Assembly: GCA_012295275.1 (NCBI GenBank)
Contig: SMMR01000016.1
Coordinates: 1-39,764 of the forward strand
DNA: 39,764 nt
Source of the DNA: Chrysomallon squamiferum
Lineage: Eukaryota > Animalia > Mollusca
Reading direction: 5' to 3'
A program made the position numbers and the translations under genes. The notes below the pieces were generated by a model, which made no database searches, was not told the DNA's origin, and was given only the letters and a program-made list of their open reading frames with translations. Shown here piece after piece: positions 23,858-35,800 of this stretch (its first letter is position 1; the number at the start of each line of letters is the position of its first letter).

Positions 23858-26800
23858 GATTTTCAAAAGTTGAAAATCCGTGGCACTTTTCCGTTTGGTC
23901 GGGAAAAATATTTCGACGTGTGCAAAAGGTGCGCCGTCCGTCGGGGCGAGTGTGGCAAAAGCGTTTCCAACATTTACCAAAGGTGCTGCACCTTTTGAAA
24001 ATGCGTTTGAAAAAAAAACGAGCAAATTTTCAAAAAACATGTGCGTTTTTGTGCACGTGTAAAAACGAGTTGTTCCCCTTAGGGTGGGGCGTGCGGCACT
24101 TTTGACCCGTGTCGGGCAACCCTTGCCCCACTTTTGGGTATGTGCGCCCGATTTTTCCCACGTGCTCGGAAAAAGTTATTGCACTTTGAAAAAGGTACCC
24201 CTAGCATTTTCAACGAAACTTGAAAAAATTCGATTTTCAAAAGTTGAAAATCCGTGTGGCACTTTCCGTTTGGTCGGGAAAAATATTTCGACGTGTGCAA
24301 AAGGTGCGCGCCGTCGGGGGCGAGTGTGGCAAAAGCGTTTCCAACATTTACCAAAGGTGCTGCACCTTTTGAAAATGCGTTTGAAAAAAAAACGAGCAAA
24401 TTTTCAAAAAAAACATGTGCGTTTTTTGTGCACGTGTCGGAAACGAGTTGTTCCCCTTAGGTGGGGCGTGCGGCACTTTTGACCCGTGTCGGGCAACCCT
24501 TGCCCCACTTTTGGGTATGTGCGCCCGATTTTTCCCACGTGCTCGGAAAAGTTATTGCACTTTGAAAAAGGTACCCCTAGCATTTTCAACGAAACTTGAA
24601 AAAATTCGATTTTCAAAGTTGAAAATCCGTGTGGCACTTTCCGTTTGGTCGGGAAAAATATTTCGACGTGCAAAAAAGGTGCGCGCCGTCGGGGCGAGTG
24701 TGGCAAAAGCGTTTCCAACATTTACCAAAGGTGCTGCACCTTTTGAAAATGCGTTTGAAAAAAAAAAACGAGCAAATTTTCAAAAACATGTGCGTTTTTG
24801 TGCACGTGTCGGAAACGAGTTGTTCCCCTTGGGTGGGGCGTGCGGCACTTTTGACCCGTGTCGGGCAACCCTTGCCCCACTTTTGGGTATGTGCGCCCGA
24901 TTTTTCCCACGTGCTCGGAAAAAGTTATTGCACTTTGAAAAAGGTACCCCTAGCATTTTCAACGAAACTTGAAAAAATTCGATTTTCAAAAGTTGAAAAT
25001 CCGTGTGGCACTTTTCCGTTTGGTCGGGAAAAATATTTCGACGTGTGCAAAAGGTGCGCGCGCCGTCGGGGGGGCGAGTGTGGCAAAAGCGTTTCCAACA
25101 TTTACCAAAGGTGCTGCACCTTTTGAAAATGCGTTTGAAAAAAAAACGAGCAAATTTCAAAAAACATGTGCGTTTTTGTGCACGTGTCGGAAACGAGTTG
25201 TTCCCCTTGGGTGGGGCGTGCGGCACTTTTGACCCGTGTCGGGCAACCCTTGCCCCACTTTTGGGTATGTGCGCCCGATTTTTCCCACGTGCTCGGAAAA
25301 AGTTATTGCACTTTGAAAAAGGTACCCCTAGCATTTTCAACGAAACTTGAAAAATTCGATTTTCAAAAGTTGAAAATCCGTGTGGCACTTTTCCGTTTGG
25401 TCGGGAAAAATATTTCGACGTGCAAAAGGTGCGCGCCGTCGGGGCGAGTGTGGCAAAAGCGTTTCCAACATTTACCAAAGGTGCTGCACCTTTTGAAAAT
25501 GCGTTTGAAAAAAAAACGAGCAAATTTTCAAAAACATGTGCGTTTTTGTGCACGTGTCGGAAACGAGTTGTTCCCCTTGGGTGGGGCGTGCGGCACTTTT
25601 GACCCCGTGTCGGGCAACCCTTGCCCCACTTTTGGGTATGTGCGCCCGATTTTTCCACGTGCTCGGAAAAAGTTATTGCACTTTGAAAAAGGTACCCCTA
25701 GCATTTTTTTCAACGAAACTTGAAAAAATTCGATTTTTCAAAGTTGAAAATCCGTGGCACTTTTCCGTTTGGTCGGGAAAAATATTTCGACGTGTGCAAA
25801 AGGTGCGCGCCGTCGGGGCGAGTGTGGCAAAAGCGTTTCCAACATTTACCAAAGGTGCTGCACCTTTTGAAAATGCGTTGAAAAAAAAAACGAGCAAATT
25901 TTCAAAACATGTGCGTTTTTGTGCACGTGTCGGAAACGAGTTGTTCCCCTTGGGTGGGGCGTGCGGCACTTTTGACCCGTGTCGGGCAACCCTTGCCCCT
26001 TACTTTTGGGTATGTGCGCCCGATTTTTCCCACGTGCTCGGAAAAAGTTATTGCACTTTGAAAAAGGTACCCTAGCATTTTCAACGAAACTTGAAAAAAT
26101 TCGATTTTCAAAAGTTGAAAATCCGTGTGGCACTTTCCGTTTGGTCGGGAAAAATATTTCGACGTGTGCAAAAGGTGCGCGCCGTCGGGGCGAGTGTGGC
26201 AAAAGCGTTTCCAACATTTACCAAAGGTGCTGCACCTTTTGAAAATGCGTTTGAAAAAAAAACGAGCAAATTTTCAAAAACATGTGCGTTTTTTGTGCAC
26301 GTGTCGGAAACGAGTTGTTCCCCCTGGGTGGGGCGTGCGGCACTTTTGACCCGTGTCGGGCAACCCTTGCCCCACTTTTGGGTATGTGCGCCCGATTTTT
26401 CCACGTGCTCGGAAAAAGTTATTGCACTTTGAAAAAGGTACCCCTAGCATTTTCAACGAAACTTGAAAAAATTCGATTTTCAAAGTTGAAAATCCGTGTG
26501 GCACTTTCCGTTTGGTCGGGAAAAATATTTCGACGTGTGCAAAAGGTGCGCGCCGTCGGGGCGAGTGTGGCAAAAGCGTTTCCAACATTTACCAAAGGTG
26601 CTGCACCTTTTGAAAATGCGTTTGAAAAAAAAAACGAGCAAATTTTCAAAAACATGTGCGTTTTTTGTGCACGTGTCGGAAACGAGTTGTTCCCCTTGGG
26701 TGGGGCGTGCGGCACTTTTGACCCGTGTCGGGCAACCCTTGCCCCACTTTTGGGTATGTGCGCCCGATTTTTCCCACGTGCTCGGAAAAAGTTATTGCAC

Positions 26801-29800
26801 TTTGAAAAAGGTACCCCTAGCATTTTCAACGAAACTTGAAAAAATTCGATTTTCAAAAGTTGAAAATCCGTGTGGCACTTTTCCGTTTGGTCGGGAAAAA
26901 TATTTCGACGTGTGCAAAAGGTGCGCGCCGTCGGGGCGAGTGTGGCAAAAGCGTTTCCAACATTTACCAAAGGTGCTGCACCTTTTGAAAATGCGTTTGA
27001 AAAAAAAAACGAGCAAATTTTCAAAAAAACATGTGCGTTTTTTGTGCACGTGTCGGAAACGAGTTGTTCCCCTTGGGTGGGGCGTGCGGCACTTTTGACC
27101 CGTGTGTCGGGCAACCCTTGCCCCACTTTTGGGTATGTGCGCCCGATTTTTCCACGTGCTCGGAAAAAGTTATTGCACTTTGAAAAAGGTACCCCTAGCA
27201 TTTTTCAACGAAACTTGAAAAATTCGATTTTCAAAGTTGAAAATCCGTGTGGCACTTTTCCGTTTGGTCGGGAAAAATATTTCGACGTGTGCAAAAGGTG
27301 CGCGCCGTCGGGGCGAGTGTGGCAAAAGCGTTTCCAACATTTACCAAAGGTGCTGCACCTTTTGAAAATGCGTTTGAAAAAAAAACGAGCAAATTTTCAA
27401 AAACATGTGCGTTTTTGTGCACGTGTCGGAAACGAGTTGTTCCCCTTAGGTGGGGGGCGTGCGGCACTTTTGACCCGTGTCGGGCAACCCTTGCCCCACT
27501 TTTGGGTATGTGCGCCCGATTTTTCCCACGTGCTCGGAAAAAGTTATTGCACTTTGAAAAAGGTACCCCTAGCATTTTCAACGAAACTTGAAAAAATTCG
27601 ATTTTCAAAAGTTGAAAATCCGTGTGGCACTTTCCGTTTGGTCGGGAAAAATATTTCGACGTGTGCAAAAGGTGCGCGCCGTCGGGGCGAGTGTGGCAAA
27701 AGCGTTTCCAACATTTACCAAAGGTGCTGCACCTTTTGAAAATGCGTTTGAAAAAAAAACGAGCAAATTTTCAAAAACATGTGCGTTTTTTGTGCACGTG
27801 TCGGAAACGAGTTGTTCCCCTTGGGTGGGGCGTGCGGCACTTTTGACCCGTGTCGGGCAACCCTTGCCCCACTTTTGGGTATGTGCGCCCGATTTTTCCC
27901 ACGTGCTCGGAAAAAGTTATTGCACTTTGAAAAAGGTACCCCTAGCATTTTCAACGAAACTTGAAAAAATTCGATTTTCAAAAGTTGAAAATCCGTGTGG
28001 CACTTTCCGTTTGGTCGGGAAAAATATTTCGACGTGTGCAAGGTGCGCGCCGTCGGGGGCGAGTGTGGCAAAAGCGTTTCCAACATTTACCAAAGGTGCT
28101 GCACCTTTTGAAAATGCGTTTGAAAAAAAAACGAGCAAATTTTCAAAAACATGTGCGTTTTTTGTGCACGTGTCGGAAACGAGTTGTTCCCCTTGGGTGG
28201 GGCGTGCGGCACTTTTGACCCGTGTCGGGCAACCCTTGCCCCACTTTTGGGTATGTGCGCCCGATTTTTCCACGTGCTCGGAAAAAGTTATTGCACTTTG
28301 AAAAAGGTACCCCTAGCATTTTCAACGAAACTTGAAAAAATTCGATTTTCAAAGTTGAAAATCCGTGTGGCACTTTTCCGTTTGGTCGGGAAAAATATTT
28401 CGACGATGTGCAAAAAGGTGCGCGCCGTCGGGGCGAGTGTGGCAAAAGCGTTTCCAACATTTACCAAAGGTGCTGCACCTTTTGAAAATGCGTTTGAAAA
28501 AAAAAAACGAGCAAATTTTCAAAAACATGTGCGTTTTTTGTGCACGTGTCGGAAACGAGTTGTTCCCCTTGGGTGGGGCGTGCGGCACTTTTGACCCGTG
28601 TCGGGCAACCCTTGCCCCACTTTTGGGTATGTGCGCCCGATTTTTCCCACGTGCTCGGAAAAAGTTATTGCACTTTGAAAAAGGTACCCCTAGCATTTTC
28701 AACGAAACTTGAAAAAATTCGATTTTCAAAAGTTGAAAATCCGTGTGCACTTTTCCGTTTGGTCGGGAAAAATATTTCGACGTGCAAAAGGTGCGCGCCG
28801 TCGGGGCGAGTGTGGCAAAAGCGTTTCCAACATTTACCAAAGGTGCTGCACCTTTTGAAAATGCGTTTGAAAAAAAAAAAAACGAGCAAATTTTCAAAAA
28901 CATGTGCGTTTTTTGTGCACGTGTCGGAAACGAGTTGTTCCCCTTGGGTGGGGCGTGCGGCACTTTTGACCCGTGTCGGGCAACCCTTGCCCCACTTTTG
29001 GGTATGTGCGCCCGATTTTTCCCACGTGCTCGGAAAAAGTTATTGCACTTTGAAAAAGGTACCCCTAGCATTTTCAACGAAACTTGAAAAAATTCGATTT
29101 TCAAAAGTTGAAAATCCGTGTGGCACTTTTCCGTTTGGTCGGGAAAAATATTTCGACGTGTGCAAAAGGTGCGCGCCGTCGGGGGCGAGTGTGGCAAAAG
29201 CGTTTCCAACATTTACCAAAGGTGCTGCACCTTTTGAAAATGCGTTTGAAAAAAAAAAACGAGCAAATTTTCAAAAACATGTGTTTTTTTGTGCACGTGT
29301 CGGAAACGAGTTGTTCCCCTTTGGGTGGGGCGTGCGGCACTTTTGACCCGTGTCGGGCAACCCTTGCCCCACTTTTGGGTATGTGCGCCCGATTTTTCCC
29401 ACGTGCTCGGAAAAAGTTATTGCACTTTGAAAAAGGTACCCCTAGCATTTTCAACGAAACTTGAAAAATTCGATTTTCAAAAGTTGAAAATCCGTGTGGC
29501 ACTTTCCGTTTGGTCGGGAAAAATATTTCGACGTGTGCAAAGGTGCGCGCCGTCGGGGCGAGTGTGGCAAAAGCGTTTCCAACATTTACCAAAGGTGCTG
29601 CACCTTTTGAAAATGCGTTGAAAAAAAAAACGAGCAAATTTCAAAAAAACATGTGCGTTTTTGTGCACGTGTCGGAAACGAGTTGTTCCCCTTAGGGTGG
29701 GGCGTGCGGCACTTTTGACCCGTGTCGGGCAACCCTTGCCCCACTTTTGGGTATGTGCGCCCGATTTTCCCACGTGCTCGGAAAAAGTTATTGCACTTTG

Positions 29801-32800
29801 AAAAAGGTACCCCTAGCATTTTCAACGAAACTTGAAAAAATTCGATTTTCAAAAGTTGAAAATCCGTGTGGCACTTTTCCGTTTGGTCGGGAAAAATATT
29901 TCGACGTGTGCAAAAGGTGCGCGCCGTCGGGGCGAGTGTGGCAAAAGCGTTTCCAACATTTACCAAAGGTGCTGCACCTTTTGAAAATGCGTTTGAAAAA
30001 AAAACGAGCAAATTTTCAAAAACATGTGCGTTTTTTGTGCACGTGTCGGAAACGAGTTGTTCCCCTTGGGTGGGGCGTGCGGCACTTTTGACCCGTGTCG
30101 GGCAACCCTTGCCCCACTTTTGGGTATGTGCGCCCGATTTTTCCCACGTGCTCGGAAAAGTTATTGCACTTTGAAAAAGGTACCCCTAGCATTTTCAACG
30201 AAACTTGAAAAAATTCGATTTTCAAAAGTTGAAAATCCGTGTGGCACTTTTCCGTTTGGTCGGGAAAAATATTTCGACGTGTGCAAAAGGTGCGCGCCGT
30301 CGGGGCGAGTGTGGCAAAAGCGTTTCCAACATTTACCAAAGGTGCTGCACCTTTTGAAAATGCGTTTGAAAAAAACGAGCAAATTTTCAAAAACATGTGC
30401 GTTTTTTGTGCACGTGTCGGAAACGAGTTGTTCCCCTTGGGTGGGGCGTGCGGCACTTTTGACCCGTGTCGGGCAACCCTTGCCCCACTTTTGGGTATGT
30501 GCGCCCGATTTTTCCACGTGCTCGGAAAAAGTTATTGCACTTTGAAAAAGGTACCCCTAGCATTTTCAACGAAACTTGAAAAAATTCGATTTTCAAAAGT
30601 TGAAAATCCGTGTGGCACTTTTCCGTTTGGTCGGGAAAAATATTTCGACGTGTGCAAAAGGTGCGCGCCGTCGGGGCGAGTGTGGCAAAAGCGTTTCCAA
30701 CATTTACCAAAGGTGCTGCACCTTTTGAAAATGCGTTTGAAAAAAAAACGAGCAAATTTTCAAAAACATGTGCGTTTTTTGTGCACGTGTCGGAAACGAG
30801 TTGTTCCCCTTGGGTGGGGCGTGCGGCACTTTTGACCCGTGTCGGGCAACCCTTGCCCCACTTTTGGGTATGTGCGCCCGATTTTTCCCACGTGCTCGGA
30901 AAAAGTTATTGCACTTTGAAAAAGGTACCCCTAGCATTTTCAACGAAACTTGAAAAAATTCGATTTTCAAAAGTTGAAAATCCGTGTGGCACTTTTCCGT
31001 TTGGTCGGGAAAAATATTTCGACGTGTGCAAAAGGTGCGCGCCGTCGGGGCGAGTGTGGCAAAAGCGTTTCCAACATTTACCAAAGGTGCTGCACCTTTT
31101 GAAAATGCGTTTGAAAAAAAAACGAGCAAATTTTTCAAAAACATGTGTTTTTTTGTGCACGTGTCGGAAACGAGTTGTTCCCCTTGGGTGGGGCGTGCGG
31201 CACTTTTGACCCGTGTCGGGCAACCTTGCCCACTTTTGGGTATGTGCGCCCGATTTTTCCCACGTGCTCGGAAAAAGTTATTGCACTTTGAAAAAAGGTA
31301 CCCCTAGCATTTTCAACGAAACTTGAAAAAATTCGATTTTCAAAAGTTGAAAATCCGTGTGGCACTTTTCCGTTTGGTCGGGAAAAATATTTCGACGTGT
31401 GTGCAAAAGGTGCGCGCCGTCGGGGCGAGTGTGGCAAAAGCGTTTCCAACATTTACCAAAGGTGCTGCACCTTTTGAAAATGCGTTTGAAAAAAAACGAG
31501 CAAATTTTCAAAAACATGTGCGTTTTTTGTGCACGTGTCGGAAACGAGTTGTTCCCCTTGGGTGGGGCGTGCGGCACTTTTGACCCGTGTCGGGCAACCC
31601 TTGCCTTACACTTTTGGGTATGTGCGCCCGATTTTTCCACGTGCTCGGAAAAAGTTATTGCACTTGAAAAAAAGGTACCCCTAGCATTTTCAACGAAACT
31701 TGAAAAAATTCGATTTTCAAAAGTTGAAAATCCGTGTGCACTTTTCCGTTTGGTCGGGAAAAATATTTCGACGTGTGCAAAGGTGCGCGCCGTCGGGGCG
31801 AGTGTGGCAAAAGCGTTTCCAACATTTACCAAAGGTGCTGCACCTTTTGAAAATGCGTTTGAAAAAAAAAAACGAGCAAATTTTCAAAAACATGTGCGTT
31901 TTTTGTGCACGTGTCGGAAACGAGTTGTTCCCCTTGGGTGGGGCGCGGCACTTTTGACCCGTGTCGGGCAACCCTTGCCCCACTTTTGGGTATGTGCGCC
32001 CGATTTTTCCCACGTGCTCGGAAAAAGTTATTGCACTTTGAAAAAGGTACCCCTAGCATTTTCAACGAAACTTGAAAAAATTCGATTTTCAAAAGTTGAA
32101 AATCCGTGTGGCACTTTTCCGTTTGGTCGGGAAAAATATTTCGACGTGTGCAAAAGGTGCGCGCCGTCGGGGCGAGTGTGGCAAAAGCGTTTCCAACATT
32201 TACCAAAGGTGCTGCACCTTTTGAAAATGCGTTTGAAAAAAAAAACGAGCAAATTTTCAAAAACATGTGCGTTTTTTGTGCACGTGTCGGAAACGAGTTG
32301 TTCCCCTTGGGTGGGGCGTGCGGCACTTTTGACCCGTGTCGGGCAACCCTTGCCCCACTTTTGGGTATGTGCGCCCGATTTTTCCCACGTGCTCGGAAAA
32401 AGTTATTGCACTTTGAAAAAGGTACCCCTAGCATTTTCAACGAAACTTGAAAAATTCGATTTTCAAAAGTTGAAAATCCGTGTGGCACTTTTCCGTTTGG
32501 TCGGGAAAAATATTTCGACGTGTGCAAAAGGTGCGCGCCGTCGGGGCGAGTGTGGCAAAAGCGTTTCCAACATTTACCAAAGGTGCTGCACCTTTTGAAA
32601 ATGCGTTTGAAAAAAACGAGCAAATTTTCAAAAACATGTGCGTTTTTTGTGCACGTGTCGGAAACGAGTTGTTCCCCTTGGGTGGGGCGTGCGGCACTTT
32701 TGACCCGTGTCGGGCAACCCTTGCCCCACTTTTGGGTATGTGCGCCCGATTTTTCCCACGTGCTCGGAAAAAGTTATTGCACTTGTGAAAAAGGTACCCC

Positions 32801-35800
32801 TAGCATTTTCAACGAAACTTGAAAAAATTCGATTTTCAAAAGTTGAAAATCCGTGTGGCACTTTTCCGTTTGGTCGGGAAAAATATTTCGACGTGTGCAA
32901 AAGGTGCGCGCCGTCGGGGCGAGTGTGGCAAAAGCGTTTCCAACATTTACCAAAGGTGCTGCACCTTTTGAAAATGCGTTTGAAAAAAAAAACGAGCAAA
33001 TTTTCAAAAAACATGTGCGTTTTTGTGCACGTGTCGGAAACGAGTTGTTCCCCTTAGGTGGGGCGTGCGGCACTTTTGACCCGTGTCGGGCAACCCTTGC
33101 CCCACTTTTGGGTATGTGCGCCCGATTTTTCCCACGTGCTCGGAAAAAGTTATTGCACTTTGAAAAAGGTACCCCTAGCATTTTCAACGAAACTTGAAAA
33201 AATTCGATTTTCAAAAGTTGAAAATCCGTGTGGCACTTTTCCGTTTGGTCGGGAAAAATATTTCGACGTGTGCAAAAGGTGCGCGCCGTCGGGGCGAGTG
33301 TGGCAAAAGCGTTTCCAACATTTACCAAAGGTGCTGCACCTTTTGAAAATGCGTTTGAAAAAAAACGAGCAAATTTTCAAAAACATGTGCGTTTTTTGTG
33401 CACGTGTCGGAAACGAGTTGTTCCCCTTGGGTGGGGCGTGCGGCACTTTTGACCCGTGTCGGGCAACCCTTGCCCCACTTTTGGGTATGTGCGCCCGATT
33501 TTTCCCACGTGCTCGGAAAAAGTTATTGCACTTTGAAAAAGGTACCCCTAGCATTTTCAACGAAACTTGAAAAAATTCGATTTTCAAAAGTTGAAAATCC
33601 GTGTGGCACTTTTCCGTTTGGTCGGGAAAAATATTTCGACGATGTGCAAAGGTGCGCGCCGTCGGGGCGAGTGTGGCAAAAGCGTTTCCAACATTTACCA
33701 AAGGTGCTGCACCTTTTGAAAATGCGTTTGAAAAAAAACGAGCAAATTTTCAAAAACATGTGCGTTTTTTGTGCACGTGTCGGAAACGAGTTGTTCCCCT
33801 TGGGTGGGGCGTGCGGCACTTTTGACCCGTGTCGGGCAACCCTTGCCCCTTTTGGGTATGTGCGCCCGATTTTTCCACGTGCTCGGAAAAGTTATTGCAC
33901 TTTGAAAAAGGTACCCCTAGCATTTTCAACGAAACTTGAAAAAATTCGATTTTCAAAAGTTGAAAATCCGTGTGGCACTTTTCCGTTTGGTCGGGAAAAA
34001 TATTTCGACGTGTGCAAAAGGTGCGCGCCGTCGGGGCGAGTGTGGCAAAAGCGTTTCCAACATTTACCAAAGGTGCTGCACCTTTTGAAAATGCGTTGAA
34101 AAAAAAAAAACGAGCAAATTTTCAAAAACATGTGCGTTTTTGTGCACGTGTCGGAAACGAGTTTGTTTCCCCTTGGGTGGGGCGTGCGGCACTTTTGACC
34201 CGTGTCGGGCAACCCTTGCCCTTACTTTTGGGTATGTGCGCCCGATTTTTCCACGTGCTCGGAAAAAGTTATTGCACTTTGAAAAAGGTACCCCTAGCAT
34301 TTTCAACGAAACTTGAAAAAATTCGATTTTCAAAAGTTGAAAATCCGTGTGGCACTTTTCCGTTTGGTCGGGAAAAATATTTCGACGTGTGCAAAAGGTG
34401 CGCGCCGTCGGGGCGAGTGTGGCAAAAGCGTTTCCAACATTTACCAAAGGTGCTGCACCTTTTGAAAATGCGTTTGAAAAAAAAACGAGCAAATTTTCAA
34501 AAACATGTGCGTTTTTTGTGCACGTGTCGGAAACGAGTTGTTCCCCTTAGGGTGGGGCGTGCGGCACTTTTGACCCGTGTCGGGCAACCCTTGCCCCACT
34601 TTTGGGTATGTGCGCCCGATTTTTCCCACGTGCTCGGAAAAAGTTATTGCACTTTGAAAAAAGGTACCCCTAGCATTTTCAACGAAACTTGAAAAAATTC
34701 GATTTTCAAAGTTGAAAATCCGTGTGTGCTTTTCCGTTTGGTCGGGAAAAATATTTCGACGTGTGCAAAGGTGCGCGCCGTCGGGGCGAGTGTGGCAAAA
34801 GCGTTTCCAACATTTACCAAAGGTGCTGCACCTTTTGAAAATGCGTTGAAAAAAACGAGCAAATTTTCAAAAACATGTGCGTTTTTTGTGCACGTGTCGG
34901 AAACGAGTTGTTCCCCTTTGGGTGGGGCGTGCGGCACTTTTGACCCGTGTCGGGCAACCCTTGCCCCTTACTTTTGGGTATGTGCGCCCGATTTTTCCAC
35001 GTGCTCGGAAAAAGTTATTGCACTTTGAAAAAGGTACCCCTAGCATTTTCAACGAAACTTGAAAAATTCGATTTTCAAAAGTTGAAAATCCGTGTGTACT
35101 TTTCCGTTTGGTCGGGAAAAATATTTCGACGTGTGCAAAGGTGCGCGCCGTCGGGGGGCGAGTGTGGCAAAAGCGTTTCCAACATTTACCAAAGGTGCTG
35201 CACCTTTTGAAAATGCGTTTGAAAAAAAACGAGCAAATTTTCAAAAAAACATGTGCGTTTTTTTGTGCACGTGTCGGAAACGAGTTGTTCCCCTTAGGTG
35301 GGGCGTGCGGCACTTTTGACCCGTGTCGGGCAACCCTTGCCCACTTTTTGGGTATGTGCGCCCGATTTTTCCCCGTGCTCGGAAAAAGTTATTGCACTTT
35401 GAAAAAAAGGTACCCCTAGCATTTTCAACGAAACTTGAAAAAATTCGATTTTCAAAGTTGAAAATCCGTGTGGCACTTTTCCGTTTGGTCGGGAAAAATA
35501 TTTCGACGTGTGCAAAAGGTGCGCGCCGTCGGGGCGAGTGTGGCAAAAGCGTTTCCAACATTTACCAAAGGTGCTGCACCTTTTGAAAATGCGTTTGAAA
35601 AAAACGAGCAAATTTTCAAAAACATGTGCGTTTTTTTTGTGCACGTGTCGGAAACGAGTTGTTCCCCTTAGGTGGGGCGTGCGGCACTTTTGACCCGTGT
35701 CGGGCAACCCTTGCCCCACTTTTGGGTATGTGCGCCCGATTTTTCCCACGTGCTCGGAAAAAGTTATTGCACTTTGAAAAAGGTACCCCTAGCATTTTCA

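Noticed and set aside
22945-24465. Telomeric TTAGG/TTAGGG motif
   Set aside because: Single copies created by one variant base, with no tandem telomeric repeats.
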